DNA of 47,015 nucleotides from Macrostomum lignano (taxonomy: Eukaryota), in contig NIVC01004404.1 in the NCBI GenBank assembly GCA_002269645.1, positions 1-47,015 on the forward strand, read 5' to 3'. The notes beneath the pieces are model-generated. The model worked only from the letters and a program-made list of their open reading frames with translations. It did no database searches and was not told the origin of the DNA. This document shows, in pieces, positions 10,018 through 20,872 of the stretch. A program made the position numbers and the translations under genes. The first letter of the stretch is position 1. Each line of letters opens with the position of its first letter.

Positions 10018-10560
10018 TCCCCAGACAGCATGCAAGCATCTCCCAGATAGCATGCAAGCATCTCCCAGATAGCAAGCATCCCCCAAATAGCAAGAGTCCC
10101 CCAGATAGCAAGCATCCCCAGACAGCATGCAAGCATCTTCCAGATAGCACGAATCCCCCAGATATAGTAAGCATCCCCAGACAGCACGCAAGCATCCCCC
10201 AGATAGCAAGCATCTTCCAGATAGCAAGCATCCCCAGACAGCATGCAAGCATCCCCAGACAGCATGCAAGCATCCCCAGACAGCATGCAAGCATCCCCAG
10301 ACAGCATGCAAGCATCCCCAGACAGCATGCAACCATCCCCCAGATAGCAAGCATCCCTGGATACGAAGAATTCTTATAGATAGCTAGCAACCCCCTCTCA
10401 GATAGCAAGTACCCTCCACTCCCCAATAGCAAGTTACCCCAGATAGCAAGCATTCTTCCGATAGCAAGCATCCCTCCCCCCAATAGCAAGCATCACTCAG
10501 ATAGCAAGCATCCCCCTGATAGCAAGTATCCATCCTTAAATAGCAAGCATCCACCAGACA
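10018..10560. repeat. Mixed 18/21-bp minisatellite
   Basis: Units AGATAGCAAGCATCCCCC and AGACAGCATGCAAGCATCCCC. Confidence 0.9.
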
Positions 10561-10611
10561 TCAAGTATCTAGTGCAATAATTTCCTTAGCTTTATAGTGG
10601 CTCCATTTTGT

Positions 10612-11840
10612 TTGGCATGACACTTCTTTTTATGTTTGACATGGACACATGGTGTCTCTTCTATGTTTGACATGGTGGCTCTTCTATGTTTGACATGGTG
10701 GCTCTTTAATGTTTGACATGGAGTCACGTATATGTTTGACATAGTGGCTCTTTAATGATTGACATCGTGGTTCTTTAATGTTTGACATGGTGGCTCTTTA
10801 ATGTTTGACATGGTGTCTCTGTTATGTTTGACATGGTGGCTCAGTTGTTTGACATGGTGGCTCAGTTGTTTGACATGGTGTCTCTGTTATGTTTGACATG
10901 GTGGCTCAGTTGTTCGACATGGTGTCTCTTCTATGTTTGACATGGTGCTCTTTTGTGTTTGACATTGTGGCTCTTTAATGTTTGACATGGTGGCTCTTTT
11001 ATGTTTGACATGGTAGCACTTTAATCTTCGACATGGTGGCTCTTTAATGTTTGACATGGAGTAATGTATATGCTTGACGTAGTGGTTCTTTTATGGTTGA
11101 CATGGTGGCTTTTTTATGTTTGACATGGCGGCTCTTTTATGTTTGGCATGGTGGCTCTTTTATGTTCGACATGGTGGCTCAATAATGTTCGACATGGTGG
11201 CTCTTTTATGTTTGACATGGTGGCTCTTTTATGTTCGACATGGTGGCTCTTTTATGTTTGGCATGGTGGCTCTTTAATGTCTGACATGGTGGCTCAATAA
11301 TGTTCGACATGGTGGCTCTTTTATGTTTGACATGCTGGCTCTTTAGTGTTTGACATGCTGGCTCTTTAATGTTTGACATGGTGGCTCTTTAATGTTTGGC
11401 ATGGTGGCTCTTTAATGTCTGACATGGTGGCTCAATAATGTTCGACATGGTGGCTCTTTTATGTTTGACATGCTGGCTCTTTAGTGTTTGACATGCTGGC
11501 TCTTTAATGTTTGACATGGTGGCTCTTTAATGTTTGGCATGGTGGCTCTTTAATGTTTGACATGGTGGCTCTTTTATGTTTGACATGGAGTAATGTATAT
11601 GCTTGACGTGGTGGTTCTTTTATGGTTGACATGGTGGCTTTTTTATGTTTGACATGGCGGCTCTTTTATGTTCGACATGGTGGCTCAATAATGTTCGACA
11701 TGGTGGCTCTTTTATGTTTGACATGGTGGCTCTTTTATGTTCGACATGGTGGCTCTTTTATGTTTGGCATGGTGGCTCTTTAATGTTTGGCATGGTGGCA
11801 CTTTCATGTTTGACCTGGTGGCCCTTTAATGTTTTACATG
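10612..11840. repeat. 23-bp minisatellite, about 53 copies, with higher-order structure
   Basis: Unit GACATGGTGGCTCTTTWATGTTT. Confidence 0.95.
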
Positions 11841-12289
11841 GTTTGAAACAAAACAAATACTAAGCTAAATGAATTTTAACATTAAAAGCAGCCGTGCAGT
11901 GACTACAATTTACTATTAGCTAATAATTAATAAAACCAAGTCTGACACGATCACCTGGCGAGCCGCGCGGCCCACACGAGAGCAATAATATTCAAATCAA
12001 CAAGCTGTTGAAACCCGCGGATTTTGAGCCCGGGGAATTCCAATCCCCGGAACTACTTTTGCATGTATTCTGAAATCTAAGGCCATACACAAACAAATGA
12101 ATTTAAAGAGAAGATAAGATGGAGGTAGAGATAGAGATAGAGATAAGATAGAGGTAGGATAGAGGTAGACATAAAATGGAGCACATTCGTGTAAAATTAG
12201 GATTGGAGGCAAACATTGCTATTGTTGGCTGGGGTGCTGCGCAGAATGTCAGGCAAACTCTGGCCTCTACCTCTGCCTCTTCCTATGTC

Positions 12290-13906
12290 CTTTGCATCCT
12301 TTGAAACTTCCATCTTCTTTTCTGTTTCCTATCTTCTCTCTTGTCTCTTCTCTCTCTCCTCTTATCTCTTCTTTCTTCTCTCCTCTGTCCTCTCTCCTCT
12401 CTCGTCTCTTCTCTCGTCTCTTCCCTCTCCCCTCTATTCTTTTCTCTCTCCTCTCCTCTTTTCTCTCTGGTCTCTGGTCTCTCATATCTCCTTTCTCCTC
12501 TTTTATCTCTTCTCGTTTCCCTCTGCTCTCTGCTCTCTCTTCCCTCACCTCTCTTCTCACTCCTTACTATACCCTCTCTTAACACTTTCCTTATCTCTAC
12601 TCTCTCCTTTTTCCTCTCTTCTCTCAACTCTCTCCTCTCATGTCTTCTATCGTCTCTTCCCTCACCTCCCTTCTCTCTCGTCTTTGCTATCTTATCTCTC
12701 ATTTCTATTATTTTATCTTCTCTCTCCTCTCCCCCTCTCTCTCCTCTCATCTCTCTACTATCTCCTGTCCTATCTCTCTTCTCTCTAATCTCTCCCCTCT
12801 TTCCTCTCCTCTCTCGTATTTTTCACCAATTTCCCCTGTCTTCTCGATTCTCTCCCTTCCCCTCCTCTCTCCTCACTCACTTCTCATCTCTCCCTTGTCT
12901 GCACCTCTCATCTCTTTTTCTTATCTCTCCTCTTTTCTCTCTACTCTCCCATCTCTCGTCTGTTCTGATCTCTCATCTCCCCTCTCTGATCTGTCATCTT
13001 TACTCTCATATGTTCTCTCACCTCTCTCCACTTGTACTCCTCTCTTTCCCCTTTTTTGACTCAGGAGGACTCGATCCTTTCTTCTTTCTTCTTGTCTCTT
13101 CACTTCTCTCTTCTATACTCTCTCCCTCTCTTGTCTTCTCTCTTCTTTCTCACTCTCCTCTCTCCTCTCTTATATCGTCTGTTCACTCTCATCTTCGCTC
13201 TCTCATTCCCCTCTCTTCTGTCATCTCTACTCTCCTCTCTACTGTGTACTCTTCTCTTTCCCCTCTTCTGACACCTCTCTTTCCTTACTCCTCTCTTCTC
13301 TTCCCTCTTCTATACTCTCTCCCCTCTATTCTCTTCTCTCGTCTCTCTGCACTCTGCTCTCTCTTCCTTCATCTCTCATCTCTACTCTCTCGATCATCTT
13401 TTTTTCATCTCTCTCATCTCCACGATCTCATCTCTTTCCTCTCTCCTCCTCTTCCCTTTACTCTATCATCTCTCCTTTCTCCTCTCTTCTTTCTCAACTC
13501 TCTCTCTCTCTCTCTTATCTCTTATATCTTATCTCATCTTCTCACTCTTCCCTCTCTTATCTCTTATCTCCTCTTCTCACTCCTCTCTCTCCCCTCTATC
13601 CCCTCTTATCTCCTCTCTTCTCTATCCTTTCTAATCTCTCCTCTCGATCCTCTCTCATCTGCCTCTCTGTTCTCTCATCTCTCATCTCTTCTCACTCTTC
13701 TCTACTCTCCTCTCTCATTGATCCTCTGTCTCATCTCTCCCCTCTTCTCTCTCCATCTTCTCACCTCTACTATTCCATCTCCCTTCTCTCTTCCCTCCTC
13801 TCGCTTCTTCCTCCCGACTCCCATATTCTCTGCTCTGCCCTCGACCCCCTCGTCTCTCCTGATCTTCTATCTATTCTCTTATCCCCTCTCGCCCCTCCTC
13901 CCTTTC
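12290..13906. repeat. 1.6-kb aperiodic polypyrimidine (CT-rich) tract
   Basis: Almost only C and T on the + strand with no fixed period. Confidence 0.95.
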
Positions 13907-14359
13907 TAATAGTCTATTCCTTTTCCTTTTCACTCTCATCTGGCCCGCAGCCATAAGCTTGATTCTTTATCTGGCCTTTGAGATAAAAATCTGCCGATCC
14001 CTGCTTCGAAAGCCAGTTTGTGGGACGTAGTACTATCATGGTTGTTATAATTTCTCGTGCTCTTTCTGACCAATTAGCAGTCCTGAGAGGAATTTGTGTA
14101 TCTCCATTCTCTAGCTCCACCACCACAGTCTGCAGCAGTCTAACAACCAAGGAAATACGCATTTCTTAGGAGGTTATTTAAATTTTCAAGTACCTTATTC
14201 GTATCTTAATGTTAAAATTTTCATGGTGTAAGCAATTTAGTAAGATTGCATTTTACAATCAGTTATTCATTATTTTTTCGCTATTTTACAAACCATCCCA
14301 CATCGCCTTGATTTGCCATCCTTGTTTAACTCCTGCAGACTTGTCTTATACAGGAGTGA

Positions 14360-14851
14360 GGGGGGCGCTTCATAACGCCTAAATTTCACAACGCCTAAAA
14401 TCAAAAATGCAGCCTCCTTCACAACGCCTAAATTTCACATCGCCTAAATTTCACAACACCTAAAACTGAATGTGAAGGAGAGAAGCAAAGATTTTAGGCG
14501 TTGTGAAATTTAGGCGATATGAAATTTAGGCGATGTGAAGGATGCTGCATTTTCGGTTTTAAGCGTTGTGAAATTTAGGCGATATAAAATTTAGGCGTTG
14601 TGACTTGTGAAGGAGTCTGCATATATTTTAGGCATTGTGAAATTTAGGCGATATGAAATTTAGGCGATGTGAAGAAGGCTGCACTATTGATTTTAGGCAT
14701 TGTGAAATTTAGACGATATGAAATTTAGGCGATGTGAAAGAGCGTGCAAAAATTTTAGGCGTTGTGAAATTTAGGCGATATGAAATTTAGGCGTTGTGAA
14801 GTGTGGTGGTTTTAGGCGTTGTGAAATTTAGGTCTTATGAAAGCGTCCCCT
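14360..14851. mobile_element. MITE with ~40-bp imperfect TIRs and internal inverted modules (PIF/Harbinger-like)
   Basis: Left GGGGGCGCTTCATAACGCCTAAATTTCACAACGCCTAAAA vs reverse complement of right GGGGACGCTTTCATAAGACCTAAATTTCACAACGCCTAAAA; probable 3-bp TSD TGA. Confidence 0.75.
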
Positions 14852-16069
14852 TGAGGACAGTGGTTGAATCTCTCGCTAAACTCTCTCCTCTCCACGCCTC
14901 TCCACTCGCGGGGGTACAGAGAAGGCTATTCCAAAACACTGTACATTCGCTATGTACATTGAGCCCTATCGCCTGACCCTTCGTCTGGCTCTGGGGGAAT
15001 GAGTGAGTGAGTGGCACAAACAACAGAAAAAGCAGACAAACTTCACATGCTTACAGTTTCTTTTTCGGTTGAGTTACAGAGTTGAAACTTTACATTTAGA
15101 TAGAGAATGAGTCAATGAAGAATTGTGTCAAATTTGAAGTCAATCGCTTCACGTGGAGCAAAACTATGGCAGCCGAAAGTTAGGCATTTTAAAACCTATT
15201 CACACCCTTTGCCCAGATCGGGAAAGAGAGGCAGGCGGGCGGAGGTTGGGGTGGCTGCCTCGCTGAAAAAAGCAGACTAACTTTAAAAGTGCATAGCGCC
15301 GTTCAGGATTGACTTTGAGACTCGAAATTTTACACGATTGTGTCAAAATAGTTGAAAATTGTTCATGTCAAATTTGAAGAGGGTCTGTAGAAGTGGAGCG
15401 GCGCTATGGAGGATTTAGTGAAAAAATCGCGCATTTTGAGCAGTTTTTTGTACTTTTAGGTAGGAAGACTTGAGTCTAGGAAGTTAAAAGGTAGCCTAAG
15501 ACATTCTCCGTAGTAAGTTTAGGGTGGGTGAAAAGTTTGGTGTAATTTGGTTGAGCGGTTTGGGAGTCCATAGCGATCAAAATTGTCCACACACAGACAC
15601 ACACACACACAGAGTTTTGATTTTTATATGTAGAGATGGGAAAAAATGAGCAATAACTATGCATTAGGTAAATTTTAAAAAAGTTATTTATTCATTTATA
15701 TTTTTACGAACGAAGCTATGTTCTTCCATCTGGTTAATTGCTCAAATATATATTTATTAAAATTTAGTACTTCGAATTTTCCGTACCTATTACGCATGCA
15801 CGTCATGGTCGTCTCGAAGGAGAATAATCCATAAAACTCAAATTGCCTTGCTCAACGAGCAAACTAATTGAGCCAAAACACAATTTTTATGTGTAAAAAG
15901 CAAATTTCACTTATATGGTGGATCAAGTGCTGTATGATTGCGTTGTTTTTGTTTATTGCAAAGAGTCACTTTTTCAGTGTAAATTATTCATCTATATTTA
16001 TGCGGTGTTCTTATTTAATTATATCGAATTGATTATCGTAGGTAAATTCTGCTTAATTGATTAAAAATT

Positions 16070-16420
16070 TTAATCGGTTAACGGCGCGGCACCCCGAGGT
16101 TCTCCCAAGTTCGGGCCGACGTCGGCTGGCCGACTTTAGCATGGCCGATCGAATGCCGAGTGGCCGACGTCGGCCCGAGCTCGGACCGAGCTCGGCTTTG
16201 CCACTGGGTAATTGGTTAACGACGCGGCACCCCGAGGTTCTCCCGAGTTCGGGCCGACGTCGGCTGGTCGACTTTAGCATGGCCGATCGCCCAGTGGCAA
16301 AGCCGAGCTCGGCCCGAGCTCGGTCCGCCGAGATCGGGCCGAGCTCGGCGGGTTGACGGCGGTTCTAGCTCGGGCCGACGACCTCGGGCCGAGGTCGGCT
16401 GACCGCGGTAATGCCGAGTA
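16070..16420. repeat. GC-rich module of short palindromes (GCCGACGTCGGC, CCGAGCTCGG), copy A
   Basis: Repeated 10-12-bp CpG palindromes; internal ~77-bp duplication; inverted pair ..GCCACTGGG (ends 16208) / CCCAGTGGC.. (starts 16290). Confidence 0.8.
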
Positions 16421-16983
16421 GCTTTGCACTATACTTTATTTAGCTTATTATAAAGCTTATATTGCTTCTTACAGATTGACTACATGTAGGTGCCACTTTC
16501 ACTTTCTATATAATTTTACTGTACATGTACAATTCGGTATTACATGAAAAAGAAAAGGTGAATGGGAAAATGACATGACACGAATTGAAACCATCGAGTT
16601 AAAGATCCCATGTCATTCCTAGCATGTTAGTGCATTGCAGTGTTAATGTACGCTCGTATATGAGCCTAGTTATGGTGAGCCTCTAGTATAACTAGTTAAT
16701 TGATTTCCCCTCGGAATTAGATACATATCCACCAGACTCAGTTCTCTGACCCAACAAATATACAACCAACAACCATGTTCAGGATTAAATGATTGTGAAA
16801 TAAGACAACGATTTAGAAGTTAAAATAATTGAATTAAAAGAACACCGCAACAGTAAATCCACCACAAGCACACTAGTGTATTATCAAATGCTAATAATGA
16901 TACAAGATTAACTTTCAAACCAATAAGCAAGAAAACAGAGAAAAAGTAGCTAAACAGCTGAAAACAGAGGTTGAGTTAAGGGT

Positions 16984-17750
16984 TGTGATACGGATTTGGT
17001 TGAGCATTTATTAACATTATAAACTGTAAAGACTTCACTTTAGATTGTAGAACGAGACGCTTGATACGAGGAAAGCGACTGCAATTTATATTGTAAATAT
17101 TGAGCACGATACATTGGGTGTAAGAGGCTTAAGGGTGGAAAGCAAGAGCGGCCAGAATGCAGAGCGCACATAAGAATGTACAGCGAAATATCGCAGAAGG
17201 GAGCACGCAGCAAACTGGTAAAACACCACCTCAAAACACGGAGTAAAAACAAGCTAACAAAACAAACAACAATTTGCTCAGTCAAGTCACCACACTCCTC
17301 CCCACAAAGATTAAGCGTTAGATAAAAACGGGAATAAAAGACGCAAATCAGTTTACAGTCCATAGAGGAACAGTCCATAGTCACTGGTAGCGCAGCCGGT
17401 CAGGTTAAGCTCTTGCCCTGGTCGAACGTCAAAGTGGCGCCGCAGAGCTCAACTCTGGCGCCTGGCCAGGCGTCTCCGCAGGGGCCTCTGGTTGATCGTC
17501 AGGCACCTCGGCACATAGCGGTTGCTCAACTTTGGAAGGCGCCGCGCAGGCACTTGATTGATCTGCCGATGGACCTCTCGACCATCGTCAAACTGGCAAG
17601 AGAGACACAGCCCTGGAGCAGTCGGTCAGAACAGCAGGCTTCCAGCTGCCATCAGCAGCAAAGTCCCTCGCAACGACTGCGTTGCCCATCTCAATGTGGT
17701 GGTCATGGGCATGGGTGTCGTGCTGCTGCTTCTGGATCGCTCGTGGGGAG
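16984..17750 (-). mobile_element. Old Gypsy (Mag-like) 3' remnant: integrase C-terminus, 3' UTR, PPT and putative 3' LTR (16984-17294), copy A
   Basis: QKQQHD..GNAVVARDFAADGSWKPA resembles element 2 QKEHHD..DDAVLARDFGANGGRWKPA; PPT GGGGAGGAG followed by TGTGGTGAC; left LTR end inferred only. Confidence 0.65.
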
Positions 17751-19211
17751 GCTTAGAATCTCGCCCCATTTTCTCAAAGTGTTGTATCTAGAACATCAAG
17801 GGGGTTAGAATTGAAGCCATATGATGAAAAAGTAAAAAAATTGATGTGCAAAACTTTGCAGTGCAAAACTGATGCCAAATATGGCATAGGGCCCTAGTAT
17901 ATAAAAATAGCATCAATATCTAGTCTATGGTGCAAAAATAAAGTAAAAACCTATAATAGTAAAATAAGTATACTATAGTTATACTAAAAAGTCATTAGAA
18001 AAACAATATAGTATAAACTGAATACTATGAATCTATTCAAAAGAGTAAAAAATTGGCATATATAGCAAAATTACATTAAATTGCCTGCCATAAAATGCAC
18101 AATTGGCATTATATCCTGGCCTATAGTACATAAACAATGTCTTAAATTAACTGATTGTATATAATTCATGATGGCATTGCCATAGACAAATAAAAAATAA
18201 GAAGCTAGACCTAATATAGTAGGGATAAAAATATCATAGGAGCCTAAAAATCTGGCTTTATTTAGGCCATTTTAGACTTTTCAAATCACAGGATTTATGA
18301 CCTAAGCTAGATATCATTCCTACAGTTAAGTTATGGTAACTCCTATTGCAATCCTATACTTTTCAACATTTTATCATGAAAATGTGCTTTTTGTAGATAT
18401 TTATTCACTTTTAACTCCTAGATAACTATTTGATGGCCATTCTGAAAATAGCTGGTGAATTGCCATCGTAATATGTCTAATTATCATTAATGAAAACATA
18501 TTTCATACGCCTATTCATAAATTGTAAGCAAATCTTCATTAAACCCAAAAAAACAAGTTTACATTGCATTACAGTGTAGCTATAGTTCAATTAGTTACGG
18601 CTTAACTGTAAGACTAAGTATGTCTCTGGAATTTTTGCCGAAACATCTAAATGCTTCCAAAGAACGTGTAATAAAAATAATAACTAAGAAGCTAAATGAA
18701 TTGCCACGTTAAAAAGAGCCAAACACTGTTTACAATTGACTTGACCTGCACGGGAGCAATATATTCAAATGAATGGCAAAAAATGAGCAATAATTACGCC
18801 TTAAGTAAATTCTAAAGCAGTTAATTATTTATTTATATTTTTACTAACGAAGCTATGTTCTTTTTATCTGGTAAATTACTCATATATATAATTGTTAAAA
18901 TCCAGTACTTCGAATTTTCCGTACCTATAACGCATGCACTTCATGGTCGTCTCGAAGGAGAATAAATCCATAAAAGTCAAATCACCTACTCAACGAGGAA
19001 ACTAATTCAGTAAAAACACAATTAGTATGTGTAAAAAGCACATTACACCACTTTGGTGGTTCAAAAGTGCTGTATTATTGCGTTGTTTTTGTTTATTGCA
19101 AAAGAGTCACTTTTTCAGTGTAAATTATTCATCTATATTTATGCGGTGTTCTTTTTTAATCATATCGAATTCATTAGCGTAGGTAAATTCTGCTTAATTG
19201 ATTAAAACTTT

Positions 19212-19481
19212 TAATCGGTTAACGGCGCGGCACCCCGAGGTTCTACCGAGTTCGGGCCGACGTCGGCTGGCCGACTTTAGTATGGCCGATCGAATGCCGA
19301 GTGGCCGACGTCGGCCCGAGCTCGGACCGAGCTCGGCTTTGCCACTGGGCGGATGCCGAGTGGCCGACGTCGGCCCGAGCTCGGTCCGCCGAGATCGGGC
19401 CGAGCTCGGCGGGTTGACGGCGGTTCTAGCTCGGGCCGACAACCTCGGGCCGAGGTCGGCTGACCGCGGTAATGCCGAGTA
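19212..19481. repeat. GC-rich palindromic module, copy B
   Basis: Homologous to 16070-16420, without the internal duplication. Confidence 0.8.
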
Positions 19482-20872
19482 GCTTTGCACTATACTTTCT
19501 ATTTAGCTTATTATAAAGCTTTTATTGCTTCTTACAGATTGACTACATTTAGGTGCCACTTTCACTTTCTATAGACTTGTACTGTACATGTACAATTTTA
19601 TGTACATGTACATGTACATGTACAATATTACATGAAAAAGAAAAGGTGAATGGGAAAACGACATGACACGAATTGAAACCATCGAGTTAAAGATCTCATG
19701 TCATTCCTAGCATGTTAGTGCATTGCAGTGGTAATGTATATGAGCCTAGTTATGGTGAGCCTCTAGTATAACTAGTTTAATTGATTTCCCCTCGGAATTA
19801 GATACATATCCACCGGACTCAGTTCTCTGACCCAACAAATATACAACCAAAAACCAACCATGTCCAGGATTAAATGATTGTGAAATAAGACAACGATTTA
19901 GAAGAACTTAAAATAATTGAATTAAAAGAACACCGCAACAGTAAATCCACCACAAGCACACTAGTGTATTATCAAATGCTAATAATGATACAAGATTAAC
20001 TTTTCAACCAATAAGCAAGAAAACAAAGAGAAAAAGTTGCTAAACAGTTGAAAACAGAGGTTGAGTTAAGGGTTGTGATACGGATTTGGTTGAGCATTAT
20101 TAACATTATAAACTGTAAAGACTTCACTTTAGATTGTAGAACGAGACGCTTGATACGAGGAAAGCGACTGCAATTTATATTGTAAATATTGAGCACGATA
20201 CATTGGGTGTAAGAGGCTTAAGGGTGGAAAGCAAGAGCGGCCAGAATGCAGAGCGCACATAAGAATGTACAGCGAAATATCGCAGAAGGGAGCACGCAGC
20301 GAAACTGGTAAAACACCACCTCAAAACACGGAGTAAAAAAAGCTAACAAAACAAACAACAATTTGCCCAGCCAAGTCACCACACTCCTCCCCACAAAGAT
20401 TAAGCGTTGGATAAAAACGGAATAAAAGACGTGTGAAAACTCCACTTCGGGGGTAAGACCCCCCAAGGCAGAGAGCTTGTATTTAATATAGCTGGCCAAC
20501 AATAAAGGTTGTCTGACAAAGCGTCAGCCAATCACACGCGCGCGTGCAGGTGTACACCTGCACTGTACATTACACTAAGCGGAGCAACTGAGCAGACCCA
20601 CGCTACCACATCCCTCCTCATCTACATGGGGATCAGGGATCGCAAGAGAATACATTAGAGCAACACATTTTAGTGAGGAACAATAGCTCGAAACTTAATA
20701 ACTTAATAATAAATAATAACTAACCAGCACCAAAACTACGCAAACGCCTGATAGGAAAGCAACGACACAACAGAATAAAGGAAAATAAACCATGACCATA
20801 ACAAAGTTCAAAATCCAAAATTAAACGTGCGAACTCAACAGTCAATCAAAACAGTCTCTTTCACAGATGACG

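Larger units (their letters stand above)
9895..11840 (-). mobile_element. Putative non-autonomous Helitron-like element B (3' end defined, right boundary approximate)
   Basis: A|CTAGCAATCTTCGCCCCCCGATGGGGG nearly matches A|CTAGCAATCTACGCCCCCGTTGGGG at 7229; body made of two minisatellites. Confidence 0.55.
12001..15636 (-). mobile_element. Non-autonomous Helitron-like element C (3636 bp) inserted between A and T without TSD
   Basis: Minus-strand 5' end TCTCTACATATAAAAATC followed by (TG)n; 3' end ..CCGCGGGTTTCAACAGCTTG with hairpin 12030-12050; removing it recreates the empty site seen at 18773/18774. Confidence 0.8.
11858..18148. repeat. Local duplication, copy A (~2.6-kb core plus 3.6-kb Helitron-like insertion)
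   Basis: 15637-18148 is collinear with 18774-20431 plus 25013-25843; 11858-12000 matches 18685-18773 with a ~55-bp extra segment. Confidence 0.85.

Noticed and set aside
9882-10489. Repetitive MLSGDAC-type ORFs
   Set aside because: Translations of the 18/21-bp minisatellite
12201-12300. NIAIVGWG resembling a Rossmann or trypsin motif
   Set aside because: Short open stretch with no convincing donor or other family residues
12341-13909. 522-aa Leu/Ser ORF and overlapping ORFs
   Set aside because: Stop-free only because the tract is almost pure C/T
13914-14162. 82-aa minus-strand ORF; SADFY faintly recalls ACE SAWDFY, and another frame has QTGFR like LINE RT
   Set aside because: Wrong strand for the ACE gene, and the similarities are too short to support without a profile search
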